Positions 10,700-20,422 are shown, counted from the stretch's first letter. The stretch: 64,000 bases of DNA from an uncultured Fibrobacteria bacterium (GCA_963716395.1 OY970309.1:2848001-2912000); one strand, 5' to 3'. Notes: a model not told the origin generated them from the sequence alone. Numbers and translations: made by a program.

Positions 10700-12721
10700 A
10701 TGCCTGCGGAACGGCCCCTTAATTTCGTTCAGCGCCTCAAGGTTTGGGTGTTCGGGAAATCGCTCGACCCCACGGATCACCGGGCCTTTCATAATCTTTC
10801 CCTGATCGCTTTTTTCGCCTGGGTGGGTCTGGGCGCCGACGGGCTTTCCTCTTCGGCCTACGGACCCGAAGAGGCGTTCCGGGCCTTGGGCCCGCATCAC
10901 CATCTCGCCATCCTCGTGGCCTTGGGCGCCGCTTTTACGGTGTTCGTCATCAGCGCCAGCTATTCGCAGGTGATCGAAGTTTTTCCCAACGGCGGCGGTG
11001 GCTACACCGTGGCCTCCAAACTGCTCAGTCCCTATGCCGGCATGGTGTCGGGCTGCGCCTTGCTCATCGATTACGTCTTGACCATCGCCATTTCTTTGGC
11101 CAGCGGCGCCGACGCGATTTTCAGTTTTCTCCCGCCGGAATGGATCCACTTCCGCATGGAATTCGTGTTGGGAACCGTGGTGTTACTTACATGGATGAAT
11201 CTGCGCGGCGCCAAAGAAAGCGTGGTTCCCCTGGTGCCGGTGTTCATGATTTTCGTGCTCACGCACTTTTTCGCCATCGTCTACGCCATGGTCGTGCATC
11301 TGTTCGACTTCGCCACGGTGACGCAATCCACCCTGGCCGACATGGCCCGCACCCATGCGGCGCTGGGATTTGCCGGCACTTTCGCCCTGCTGCTGCGGTC
11401 TTATTCCATGGGCGCCGGCACCTATACGGGCATCGAAGCTGTGAGCACGGGCATGCCCCTGTTCCGCGAGCCGCGCGTGCGCACGGGCAAGCGCACCATG
11501 TTCTACATGGCCACCTCCCTGGCCTTCACCGTGTTGGGCCTGATGCTGGCCTATGTCTTCTACCGGCTGGAACCGAGCGACACCAAAACCCTCAACGCCG
11601 TGCTGTTCGAACATGTCGTGGCGGGTTGGAACCCGTCGATCGGGCGCGGTTTCGTCTGGGTGATCCTGTTCTCCGAAGCGGCCATTCTCTTCGTGGCCGC
11701 GCAGGCGGGATTTCTCGGGGCGCCGCGCGTGCTGGCGAATATGGCTTTGGATCAATGGCTGCCCAACCGATTCTCCCTCCTCTCGGATCGTCTGGTCAGC
11801 CAGAACGGCATCATGCTCATGGGCATTGCGGCCGCGGTCACCTTGGTGTTAACCGGGGCTTCGGTGCAATACCTGGTGGTGCTCTACTCCATCACGGTGT
11901 TCATCGGCTTCGTCCTGACGCAAATGGGCATGCTGCGCTATTGGTGGCGCGCCCGCTCGTCGTTAGAACATTGGCGCAAGCGCCTGGCCCTCAATGCCGT
12001 GGCCCTGTGCCTGTGCACCTTCATCCTGATCATGGTCATCGTGGTGAAGTTTTTCGAAGGCGGCTGGATCACCTTGTTCGCCATGTTGCTAGTGATCGGG
12101 GTTTCGCTGCTGGCCAAACAGCATTACCGCAACGTGGCCAAAATGCTGCAGCGAATGGACAGTCTGGTGCAGGCGGCCCAGGTCTCGAATAACGGCGGTG
12201 CCGTGACGCGGATCATGGGAGAGCAGGAAAACCAGGAAGCCCAGTATGATCCCAAGGCCAAAACGGCCGTGGTGCTGGTTTCCGGATTCAACGGGTTGGG
12301 ACTGCATACCCTGTTCAGCATCATCCGGCTGTTCGGTGGCATCTATAAGAACTTCGTCTTCGTGGAAATCGGCTTGATCGATGCCGGCACCTTCAAAGGC
12401 CAGGATGAAGTCGAACATTTGAAAGTGCACGTGCAGGAAGAGTTGGACAAATACGTCGAATTCATCCGGCGGCATGGATATTACGGCGAAGCGAAAACCG
12501 CCTTGAGCCATGATATCGTGGCGGGCAGCGCGCAACTGGCGCCCTCCATCCTCGAACGTTTTCCGCAATCCGTGTTTTTCATGGGGCAACTGGTATTTCC
12601 GGAAGAGTCATGGATTTCTCGGTTGTTTCACAACAACGCCGTGTTCGCGGTGCAAAGGCGGCTTTACCACCTCGGCATCCCGTTCATCATTCTGCCCATT
12701 CGGGTGAAGATGCGGGTTTAA
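10700..12721 (+). CDS. APC-superfamily permease (KimA/YdaO-like)
   Basis: GADGLSSSAYGPEE, FPNGGGGY, LLIDYVLT, TGIEAVS, KFFEGGW. About 12 TMs plus a cytoplasmic C-terminal domain. Confidence 0.85.
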   Translation: MPAERPLNFVQRLKVWVFGKSLDPTDHRAFHNLSLIAFFAWVGLGADGLSSSAYGPEEAFRALGPHHHLAILVALGAAFTVFVISASYSQVIEVFPNGGGGYTVASKLLSPYAGMVSGCALLIDYVLTIAISLASGADAIFSFLPPEWIHFRMEFVLGTVVLLTWMNLRGAKESVVPLVPVFMIFVLTHFFAIVYAMVVHLFDFATVTQSTLADMARTHAALGFAGTFALLLRSYSMGAGTYTGIEAVSTGMPLFREPRVRTGKRTMFYMATSLAFTVLGLMLAYVFYRLEPSDTKTLNAVLFEHVVAGWNPSIGRGFVWVILFSEAAILFVAAQAGFLGAPRVLANMALDQWLPNRFSLLSDRLVSQNGIMLMGIAAAVTLVLTGASVQYLVVLYSITVFIGFVLTQMGMLRYWWRARSSLEHWRKRLALNAVALCLCTFILIMVIVVKFFEGGWITLFAMLLVIGVSLLAKQHYRNVAKMLQRMDSLVQAAQVSNNGGAVTRIMGEQENQEAQYDPKAKTAVVLVSGFNGLGLHTLFSIIRLFGGIYKNFVFVEIGLIDAGTFKGQDEVEHLKVHVQEELDKYVEFIRRHGYYGEAKTALSHDIVAGSAQLAPSILERFPQSVFFMGQLVFPEESWISRLFHNNAVFAVQRRLYHLGIPFIILPIRVKMRV

Positions 12722-13008
12722 ACCGGTTCTTCGCCAGCTTCTTCTTCGCTGCCTCCGGGTCGCAGAAAAATCCGATGGACGGCGAAAAAGGAAAGACCCA
12801 GGCACAAAAGCTCGATCAGTAAATTGGAATAAGCACCGAAGGGCAGGCGGTCGAAGACCCATTTCTCGCCCAACAACAGTGGGGTCAATACCCAGAAAAT
12901 TCCGTATAAAGCCGTGCGGCCGCGCCCGGCGGGCAAGGCCCGGGATTTGGTGCGCATCCAGAGAAAGCCGAACAGTAAAACCGCTCCGATCACCCAGCGT
13001 TCCGACAT
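12718..13008 (-). CDS. Small membrane protein (about 3 TM)
   Basis: 96-aa hydrophobic ORF filling the gap, stop overlapping the permease stop. Confidence 0.55.
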   Translation of the reverse strand: MSERWVIGAVLLFGFLWMRTKSRALPAGRGRTALYGIFWVLTPLLLGEKWVFDRLPFGAYSNLLIELLCLGLSFFAVHRIFLRPGGSEEEAGEEPV

Positions 13009-13178
13009 ACTGCAAATTTAGGCTGCCGTAAGGAATTCGGGGAGTCGTTCCGGATGAATAATTATCAAAGGAACGACGTGCCTTAGGCGGTTCACGGGCG
13101 CTATGTTATATAACCCCCGCCTGAACAATCGAATATCTTTTAGGAAAAGCGGGACGCGTCCCGTGAAGTGGAGGAACG

Positions 13179-13637
13179 ATGAAATTGCAGATGGGCATAT
13201 TGTGCGGCGGGCTGTTGGTTGTCGCTGCATTCGGCGGCGACAGCGGCTTCGGCCTGGGTTTTGTCATGGGAATACCTTCGGGCATTTCCGCTAAAATTGA
13301 AACGGGCAAATTGAATTCCATCAATCTGCAATTGGGATATGGGAGCGATTGGAACAATCACGGCTGGGGAGGGATGACCCTGGGCGGTGATTATGTCTGG
13401 TACAACTACAAACTTATTCCGGTCGAATCGGGAAAACTTCCGCTTTACTTCGGCCCCGGCGCCAGGGCCTGGGTGAACGATAATCCCGGGCTGGGCGTGC
13501 GCGCGGTGGTCGGGTTGGATTACCAATTCGCTAGGGCGCCTTTCGACGCCTTTGTCGAATTTGCACCCGGCATCGAGTTCGTCCCCGACACCAATCCCGA
13601 TTTTTCCATGGGCCTCGGCGCACGCTATTTGTTTTAG
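13179..13637 (+). CDS. Small outer-membrane beta-barrel protein (DUF3996-like)
   Basis: Signal peptide, FGLG..MG.PSGISAK, LYFGPG, C-terminal GLGARYLF. RBS GGAGG. Confidence 0.75.
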   Translation: MKLQMGILCGGLLVVAAFGGDSGFGLGFVMGIPSGISAKIETGKLNSINLQLGYGSDWNNHGWGGMTLGGDYVWYNYKLIPVESGKLPLYFGPGARAWVNDNPGLGVRAVVGLDYQFARAPFDAFVEFAPGIEFVPDTNPDFSMGLGARYLF

Positions 13638-13657
13638 CAGCGCGGGCCGCGATCTCC

Positions 13658-15964
13658 ATGTGGGGATTTCCTTCTCGCCTGTTGCCGTGGAAAACAGCGG
13701 TGCGCCGCCTCGCGCGCGCCGGCGGATTTCTCGATCCCATTGCGATGATGGCGCGGCTGCGCGCCTTCGGCCAGCCGTCGGAAGTGGGAGAGCCCTTGGA
13801 ACTGCTGCGTTCGGGGGCCGCGTTCCATGCGCGCGGATTGTTCAATGCCCGCGCCATTCAGAACAACCTGGATTGGATTTGGCCGTTTTGGGTGCGCCGG
13901 CAATTCGACCCGGCGGACGTGTCTTTTGTGCCGCGGGCCTTTTCCTTCAGCCACATCAACCTGACCCATCGCAATTGGACCGCGCTAGGTTGTCCGGATC
14001 ATCCGGTATTGCCCATCGTCGATCCGGCCGGACTGGTGACGCCGTTTGTGGACGGTTGGTCGGTTGATGCCTGGATTCTGGGCGCGGACGAACTGATTCC
14101 ATCGGCAGCGCACGCCTTATCGCAAACCCTGGAATTGGAAGCGAACGGTTTGGCGGTTGTGACCGTTGTACAGGGACCGCGTTGCGGGCTGGAGATGCGC
14201 GCCGAGGTGCTGGCCGAGGGCCGGGCCGGCCGCCTGCGACTCCGCTACCAGGTTCAGGGTCGCCCCGGCGAGCATGGACTGGTGGTTTCGCTTCGTCCCT
14301 GCAATCCCGAAGGCGTGAGCTTCGTCGACACCTTGGAATGGGACGCGCCGCGGCAGATCTTACGCGTGAATGGGCGCGGCGCTTTGCATTTCGAATCCGC
14401 GCCCCAGCGCGTGTTGTTATCGCCGTATCGCCACGGTGACGTAGCCGCCGCGCTGCGGGGTAAAGCGATCGGGGCTTCGCCGCCGTCCGTAGCGTCGCTC
14501 CGGCTGCGCGACGCGGTGGGCATGGGCACGGCTGCGGTCGTATTTCCCCTGCCGGCCCCGGGCCTGCAAACCGTGACCGTCACCATGGATTTGGACGGCG
14601 AGCCCGACTCCGCCGCGCCCTTCGGCCTCCGTGCGGGAACCGGACAAACCTGGTCCGAAGCCCTGCACGGAACGCCAAGGTTACGGGTGCCGGACGCCAA
14701 ATTCGTTTTTCTGTACGATGCGGCCGTGCGCTCGCTGCTGCTGCATTGCCAGGGCAGCGTGGTGCCCGGACCGTTCGCCTACAAGCGTTTCTGGTTCCGC
14801 GACGCCGCGTTTATCCTGAACGCCTTGCTGGCCCTGGGGAGTTTCGCACGCGTGCGGGAAGTGCTGAACCATTACCCGGCCTGGCAAACCCGAGATGGTT
14901 ACTTCCTGTCGCAAAACGGCGAGTGGGACTCCAACGGCGAAGCCCTGTGGATTTTGCACCGCTATCTGCAACTCAGCGGTGCGCCCGTTCCGGCGGATTG
15001 GATTCGTGCCGTGGGAAAAGGCGCGGAATGGATTCGGCGCAAACGGCGCCGCGCTTCCGCTCCCGCGGAACTGCGCGGTCTCTTTCCGGCCGGAATGAGC
15101 GCGGAACATTTCGGACCCAACGATTATTTCTACTGGGACGATTTCTGGGGAGCGGCCGGCTTATCGGCCGCCGCGGACATTTCCGACGCGTCGCGGCATG
15201 GGTCGGGCCAATCCTGGCATGCCGCCTCGGCGGATTTTCTCGACGCGATTGCCGCCAGCATCAAGCATTGTGCGCTGGCCGGTTCGGGCGAAATGGTGGT
15301 TCCCGCCTCGCCGTACCGCCGGCTGGATTCGGCCGCCATCGGCGTGCTGGCCGCTTCCTATCCCTTGCAGTTGTGGCCCGCTACGGACGCGCGCGTCCTG
15401 GGCACCGCGGAATTCCTGTACCGTCGCTGCCGTGTGCGCGGGGGATTTTTTCAAGACATGGTGCATTCGGGCGTGAACGCCTATTTGACCTTGCATCTGG
15501 CGCAAACTTTTTTGCGGGCCGGAGACGCCGAACGATTCCGCACCTTGTTGCAAGCGACCGCGGACCTGGCTTCGCCCACGGGGCAATGGCCCGAAGCCAT
15601 TCATCCGCATACGCGCGGCGGTTGCATGGGAGACGGTCAGCATGTCTGGGCTTCGGCGGAGTGGGTGATGGCCTTGCGCATGGCCTTCCTGCGCGAAGAA
15701 GGGGAAACCTTGGTGCTGGGATCGGGTCTGTTTCCGGAATGGCTGCAAGGCGAATCGGAATTGTCCTTCGGAGAGGCTCCCTGCATTTTCGGATCTTTGC
15801 AACTCGACATCGGCAAGTCCGAATCAGCTCCCGTACTGCGTTGGAAGGGAAAATGGCGCCGGCCGCCCCACGCTTTGGAGATCAAGCTTCCCGGAATGCA
15901 ACCCGAACGCATTCCCTCTCCGCCCGAGAGCGGTGAAATAAAACTGAAATCAATTTCTCCCTAA
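13658..15964 (+). CDS. Uncharacterised (alpha/alpha)6 glycoside hydrolase-like protein (GH15 / amylo-1,6-glucosidase-like)
   Basis: YKRFWFRDAAF, EWDSNGE, SAEH, YWDDFWG, GQWPEAIHP, GDGQHVWA. Confidence 0.65.
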   Translation: MWGFPSRLLPWKTAVRRLARAGGFLDPIAMMARLRAFGQPSEVGEPLELLRSGAAFHARGLFNARAIQNNLDWIWPFWVRRQFDPADVSFVPRAFSFSHINLTHRNWTALGCPDHPVLPIVDPAGLVTPFVDGWSVDAWILGADELIPSAAHALSQTLELEANGLAVVTVVQGPRCGLEMRAEVLAEGRAGRLRLRYQVQGRPGEHGLVVSLRPCNPEGVSFVDTLEWDAPRQILRVNGRGALHFESAPQRVLLSPYRHGDVAAALRGKAIGASPPSVASLRLRDAVGMGTAAVVFPLPAPGLQTVTVTMDLDGEPDSAAPFGLRAGTGQTWSEALHGTPRLRVPDAKFVFLYDAAVRSLLLHCQGSVVPGPFAYKRFWFRDAAFILNALLALGSFARVREVLNHYPAWQTRDGYFLSQNGEWDSNGEALWILHRYLQLSGAPVPADWIRAVGKGAEWIRRKRRRASAPAELRGLFPAGMSAEHFGPNDYFYWDDFWGAAGLSAAADISDASRHGSGQSWHAASADFLDAIAASIKHCALAGSGEMVVPASPYRRLDSAAIGVLAASYPLQLWPATDARVLGTAEFLYRRCRVRGGFFQDMVHSGVNAYLTLHLAQTFLRAGDAERFRTLLQATADLASPTGQWPEAIHPHTRGGCMGDGQHVWASAEWVMALRMAFLREEGETLVLGSGLFPEWLQGESELSFGEAPCIFGSLQLDIGKSESAPVLRWKGKWRRPPHALEIKLPGMQPERIPSPPESGEIKLKSISP

Positions 15965-15969
15965 TTGAA

Positions 15970-15993
15970 TCGGCTCGCCGGGAGGCGAGCCGA
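15970..15993 (+). terminator. GC hairpin after the stop, probable terminator or mRNA stabiliser
   Basis: TCGGCTCGCC-GGGA-GGCGAGCCGA, 10-bp stem with a GNRA loop. Confidence 0.55.
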
Positions 15994-16091
15994 AGGTGGA
16001 GACCGACGAAACAAAGGGTTTTTGGGGACCCTGTCTCCATGCTTATGTTATCACGCTTTTTGGAAACTTTTCAAGTTTTCGATTTGTTTTA

Positions 16092-16104
16092 TAACTCATT
16101 GATA
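16092..16104 (-). promoter_or_regulatory. Putative IHF binding site upstream of nrdR
   Basis: Reverse complement TATCAATGAGTTA matches WATCAA-N4-TTR, in an AT-rich spacer. Confidence 0.4.
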
Positions 16105-16212
16105 TTTATGGCCTTATATAATTCGACCCACGCGGGTTGATTTTCAATACTCCCATGTTGATTCAATGTTAAATAATTAATATATTCAATTTGATTCAAT
16201 TATAGGTGTGTT

Positions 16213-16671
16213 ATGAAATGTCCTTATTGTCAATGCAGCGAAGACAAAGTGGTCGATTCGCGCGGCAGTCGGGATAACAAGGCCATTCGTCGTCGCCGGG
16301 AATGCTTGAGTTGCGGTCAGCGATATACCACCTATGAATATGTGGAAATGGCTCCGCTCACCATCGTGAAAAATGATGGCCGGCGAGAACCTTATGATCG
16401 GCAGAAAATGTTGGCCGGAATCAAAACCGCCTGCAAGAAGCGTCCCGTGGCGGCGGAAGCGATCGAACAAATCGTGGACCACATCGAAAACCAGATTCAA
16501 ATCGTGGCCGAAGGCGAGATACCGTCTTCCACCTTGGGAGAATTGGCGATGCGCCAATTGCATCAGGTGGACGAAGTGGCTTATATCCGCTTCGCTTCGG
16601 TATACCGCAAGTTTAAAGAAGTAAAAGAATTTATTTCCGAAATTACCGAGTTGCAGCAAAGCTTCGGCTGA
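16213..16671 (+). CDS. nrdR: Transcriptional repressor NrdR
   Basis: MKCPYC..VVDSR....IRRRREC..C..RYTTYE Zn ribbon, ATP cone, DEVAYIRFASVY. Confidence 0.98.
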   Translation: MKCPYCQCSEDKVVDSRGSRDNKAIRRRRECLSCGQRYTTYEYVEMAPLTIVKNDGRREPYDRQKMLAGIKTACKKRPVAAEAIEQIVDHIENQIQIVAEGEIPSSTLGELAMRQLHQVDEVAYIRFASVYRKFKEVKEFISEITELQQSFG

Positions 16672-16719
16672 CGGCAAGTTTGGCTGCGCGGCCGATGGCC
16701 GAAGCCTCAATTAACTCAG

Positions 16720-17061
16720 TTAAAAAATCCGTCCTTTTTTCGCTCCCCGCAAAAGCGAGGCGATCTGTTTGGAAGAAAGCTCGTCCGCCGATTTTTTCTT
16801 CTTGGGGGCGCATTCTTCGCATAGAGGAACGTATTCATTCGATACCGAGACCGCCCCTTCGGATCGACCGGTTTCGGCGATGTGGTATTTCAAACAGGGT
16901 CTTTCTTTTTTGCAGCGGTAGCAAATCGTTACCACGGGTTTTTGTTCGCCGCGGGCGATTTTTTCTTTGACCCGATCTTTGCGGGAGATTTCGTAGGCGC
17001 GGCTTAGTGCCTGATTCTTGCGTAAAAATCGATCATGCGAGTCTTCGTCTTCAGCCATCAT
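16720..17061 (-). CDS. Small basic protein with a putative Zn ribbon
   Basis: CYRC...PC...LCEEC. Confidence 0.65.
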   Translation of the reverse strand: MMAEDEDSHDRFLRKNQALSRAYEISRKDRVKEKIARGEQKPVVTICYRCKKERPCLKYHIAETGRSEGAVSVSNEYVPLCEECAPKKKKSADELSSKQIASLLRGAKKGRIF

Positions 17062-17075
17062 TAGAAGGTACTACC

Positions 17076-17690
17076 TCAGGGGTTGTGGGAAAAGGGTTCT
17101 TTGCTTTCGGGTGCACTGAGCTCTTGCCAAAGCGGGTGCTCGAGCACGGCTGCAGCGAGCAGCAGTCTTCCCATCGCGGTCAGGCGCAGTGGGCCGGTGT
17201 GCAAGGCGCGTTTTTCCCCGTTTCCGGGGCGATGCCGGCGCAAAAAGCCCTCCACAGCCGGATTGAGATCCAGCAAGTGAATGCGCGTTTGCGCCAAAGT
17301 TTTGTATTCGGTCTGGGTGGCCGCGGCGGCCTCCCGCAGAGGCCCCGCCGGAAAAAAAGATTCACACAGCCCAGCCACCAGCACTTGCGCCCGGGTTTTT
17401 TGGAGGATGATCTGGAGCAGCGCGCCCAAGGCGGAGAGCACGCTTTGCGGGGATTCCCCCCGCAGCAAATCCGCGCCCCCGACGCTCAGCAGCACCAGAT
17501 GCGGGGCCTTGCCTACGACATGCAGAGCGACCCCTTTGACTGCATCTTCCAGCGAAAGTTCCGGGTCTCCGTTACGATAGGATTGGAGTTGAGCCGCGGG
17601 ATGGCGAAGAAAAAGCAGGTCGACGAGAAGCTCGCCGTAACCTTCGGGGGCACAGAGCAGGCCATCGCCGTAAAGAGCCAGCTTTTTCAC
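17076..17690 (-). CDS. SGNH/GDSL-fold protein with degenerate catalytic motifs
   Basis: LALYGDGL (block I), PHLVLLSVGGADL (block III), LTAMGRLLLA (block V region). Confidence 0.65.
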   Translation of the reverse strand: MKKLALYGDGLLCAPEGYGELLVDLLFLRHPAAQLQSYRNGDPELSLEDAVKGVALHVVGKAPHLVLLSVGGADLLRGESPQSVLSALGALLQIILQKTRAQVLVAGLCESFFPAGPLREAAAATQTEYKTLAQTRIHLLDLNPAVEGFLRRHRPGNGEKRALHTGPLRLTAMGRLLLAAAVLEHPLWQELSAPESKEPFSHNP

Positions 17691-17733
17691 GTTTCCTCAG
17701 GCTCGAATTCGGAATTTCGGCCGCTTCGGAGTA

Positions 17734-17807
17734 TGGGCCCACTCCGGCTTGAACGGAGGACCGGACGATTATGAGTCGTCTGCTCTAACCACCTGAGCTA
17801 TGGGCCC
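17734..17807 (-). tRNA. tRNA with CAT anticodon, most likely tRNA-Ile2 (lysidine)
   Basis: GGGCCCATAGCTCAGGTGGTTAGAGCAGACGACT-CAT-AATCGTCCGGTCCTCCGTTCAAGCCGGAGTGGGCCCA. Paired G1-C72 excludes fMet, and the acceptor stem is Ile2-like. Confidence 0.9.
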
Positions 17808-17927
17808 TCTTGCCAAAAGTACACTTGGTCCCACCGCCTTGCAATTCTATCGTTAGATTTCCATTAACCCCGCCCAGACTCGGTAAACCTCGGGCGCGGG
17901 AAAACCACCCAAGGCAAAGGACTCACT

Positions 17928-18935
17928 ATGAAGGCAATGATGCGGATTTTGGGAGTCGGCGTACTCATTTCAGCCGGGCTGCTGGGATGCAAATCCGCGC
18001 AGGAGTCGGCCGGCGATAAATTTTTGCAGGCCGGCAATCCGGTCAATGCCGTGGTGCAATACAGCAACGCGCTGAGCGCGGGAAAGGTTTCCAGCGACTT
18101 CTATCCCAATTACATCCAGGCCTATATTCAGGTTTTGAGCCTGCGCTCTGACGAAGATCCCGGTGCCCAAATCATCAACGATCTGCAAGACACGATTTCA
18201 TTGCTTCTGAAGCAGAACCCGAATCCCACCGAAGAATCCGATTTCGCCAACGTGTTGTTCGACATAGGCCAGAAGCGGCTCAAGTTGGGAACGCCGGAAG
18301 GGGAAGAAGGCGCGTTTGAATTTTTTCGCACGGCCGACTCGCTGCAAAACAAGCCGGCGGATCTCGATTCCAAGATTGCGGCCGTCCAAGACGCCTATGT
18401 CACGGCCAAGCTGAAGGAGATCAAAGGGGATTTGGATCAGGTTACCAAAGACGATCCGCAACCCGGAATCGTGGCCGATTACAAGATGAATGAACTGAAA
18501 TTGGCGGTGGGCACCGAAACCCCGGCCATGAAAGCCTTGTGGTCCAAGATCCGGCAGCAGAATCTGAGCACCTATCTGATGTATGACGAAGAAGGGTTGT
18601 TGGATCAGGTGGATGCGCGCATCAATAAGTACGGCACCCTGATCGGGATCGTGAAATACGTGCCGGGACCCAATGTCAGGTTGCAACTCAAGGTTTGGAA
18701 CGGCTCCTCGGGGCCGCTGGACTTTGACGGAGCCGATTTTCACCTGGTCGATACCAGCGGCCGTGCCTACGCCCCCGTTGCGGTCCTCGGAGCTTTCAAA
18801 AAGAAATCCGACGTGCCCCGCGGCCAGGAATCGAAAACCGGCGGTTTGAATTTCAAGCTACCCGCCGGTGTCAAGGCCGATTATCTCGAACTCAAGGTGC
18901 CCGACGGGCGGGTAACTCGCAAGTATCTGCCGTAA
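17928..18935 (+). CDS. Lipoprotein with a TPR-like N-terminus and DUF4352-like Ig C-terminus
   Basis: Lipobox LLGC. Helical region followed by VRLQLKVWNGS....F....FHLVD.SG..Y.P...GGLNFKLP. Confidence 0.65.
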   Translation: MKAMMRILGVGVLISAGLLGCKSAQESAGDKFLQAGNPVNAVVQYSNALSAGKVSSDFYPNYIQAYIQVLSLRSDEDPGAQIINDLQDTISLLLKQNPNPTEESDFANVLFDIGQKRLKLGTPEGEEGAFEFFRTADSLQNKPADLDSKIAAVQDAYVTAKLKEIKGDLDQVTKDDPQPGIVADYKMNELKLAVGTETPAMKALWSKIRQQNLSTYLMYDEEGLLDQVDARINKYGTLIGIVKYVPGPNVRLQLKVWNGSSGPLDFDGADFHLVDTSGRAYAPVAVLGAFKKKSDVPRGQESKTGGLNFKLPAGVKADYLELKVPDGRVTRKYLP

Positions 18936-19081
18936 GTTTGCTCCAGCCGGATGATGGGGCGACGGGGCGGGCGGGCACCTCCGTTCCCCCCGGCCTTTTA
19001 TTCCTCTTGGGTCTAATACCCCGTTCGCCTGAGGTCCGCCTTAGGCGGACGCGGTAGTTCATTCCGGGTATCTTAGCTCTG

Positions 19082-20092
19082 ATGCGCCTCTTCGACATTT
19101 ACTGGCGGCTGATCGGATTGCCCCTCTCCCGCTGCAAAGGGGCGGTCACCGACGCCATTCCGTTTTCCTTGGTCGAAGCGTCTATCTGGTTCGGCGGGGC
19201 CATGACTTTGTTGTGGCTCGCTTCCTGGTTTTCTCCGTTTAAAGCGCGCCTTCGGCGCGGCCGGCGGTGGTTTTTGATCCTGGGTCCCCTCTTTCTGGCG
19301 GTGCTGGGAATGGGCCAAGGCGCTTTTCCCTTGAGTCTGGCGCCTTCGTCCTGGCGCACTTCGATTCCCCGCCGCTTGGGCAGCGACAGTTTGGGTTTGC
19401 CCCAATTTCAGGCTTGGGTGCATGAGCGCGAAGCCAATCTCCGGAAAAATTTCAACTGGGACGCCTATCAAAGTTTGACCGAAGCGGACGTGCAATCGGC
19501 TTGCGACACCAGTCTCGATACGGTATTGCGCGATCTGGGACTGCCCCCGGGCCGGCATGTGCGCACCATCAAAGCCATGGGTCCTTTGACCACGGACATG
19601 GGGCTCATTTACGGCGGCCCGGCTTTTCACGATCCCTTTTTCGGAGAATTGGCCATGGTGCATGATGCCGACGAACCCAGTCCGCATTACTGGCGGCTGA
19701 TCGCCGCCTGCCATGAAACCGCGCATGCCAAAGGCTTTACCCGCGAAATCGACGCCGAAGTCTTGACGCAATTGGCCCTGGAACGAATTTCCCATCCGCG
19801 GTATCAGGCTTTGGCCGACATCCATTTTCTGCGCAAAACCGGAATGAAAATTTCCTGGCCCGACAGTTTGGTGGCCGAAAGCAAACGGGTGCGCGCCCGG
19901 TGGCTCGAGGTGGAAAAGCATCAACCCGTGATTTCGTTTTTCCGGAAATGGATCGATCGCTGGCATTTGGAAAACTCGGGAGGCAAATACGGCGATCGCA
20001 AACCCCACCAGGCTTGGAACCCGCACCAGCCGTTCTTCGCCACCATCCACCGCCTGCAAACGCGGGTGGCGCCGCCGGATCGGCTGCCCTGA
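19082..20092 (+). CDS. DUF3810-like membrane-anchored zinc metallopeptidase
   Basis: IPFSLVE, two TMs, PFFGE, ACHETAHAKGF.RE (HExxH). Confidence 0.75.
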   Translation: MRLFDIYWRLIGLPLSRCKGAVTDAIPFSLVEASIWFGGAMTLLWLASWFSPFKARLRRGRRWFLILGPLFLAVLGMGQGAFPLSLAPSSWRTSIPRRLGSDSLGLPQFQAWVHEREANLRKNFNWDAYQSLTEADVQSACDTSLDTVLRDLGLPPGRHVRTIKAMGPLTTDMGLIYGGPAFHDPFFGELAMVHDADEPSPHYWRLIAACHETAHAKGFTREIDAEVLTQLALERISHPRYQALADIHFLRKTGMKISWPDSLVAESKRVRARWLEVEKHQPVISFFRKWIDRWHLENSGGKYGDRKPHQAWNPHQPFFATIHRLQTRVAPPDRLP

Positions 20093-20104
20093 GGGCTTGG
20101 TCGC

Positions 20105-20422
20105 ATGACCCGTCGCGCCCGGCAAAAACCGCATCGGCCGCCGCCGGCCCCATTGTCGATGCCGGTTATCGACGAAGAATTGGACCTGCACGGGATGTCG
20201 GTGGATGAAGCTCTGGCGGCCGTAGACCAGTTGCTGCGGCGACATCGGGGTCGGACGGGAGCGGTGCTGCGCATCATCCACGGCCATTCCAACGGCGCGC
20301 CCGACTCCATCCGCCGCCGCGTTCGTTATGCTCTGGACACGGTTTGGCGGCGCCATGTGAAACGCTACCGTTACGATTTACACAATCCGGGTTCCACCCT
20401 CTTGGAGGTTTCGGGGCTGTAA
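20105..20422 (+). CDS. Smr (small MutS-related) domain protein
   Basis: ELDLHGMSVDEA, LRIIHG, NPGST. Confidence 0.88.
   Translation: MTRRARQKPHRPPPAPLSMPVIDEELDLHGMSVDEALAAVDQLLRRHRGRTGAVLRIIHGHSNGAPDSIRRRVRYALDTVWRRHVKRYRYDLHNPGSTLLEVSGL

Noticed and set aside
16147-16210. dif-like ATGTTAAAT, a possible NrdR box, and a possible oriC
   Set aside because: No XerC arm, only about 9/16 match to the NrdR box, and no DnaA boxes seen.
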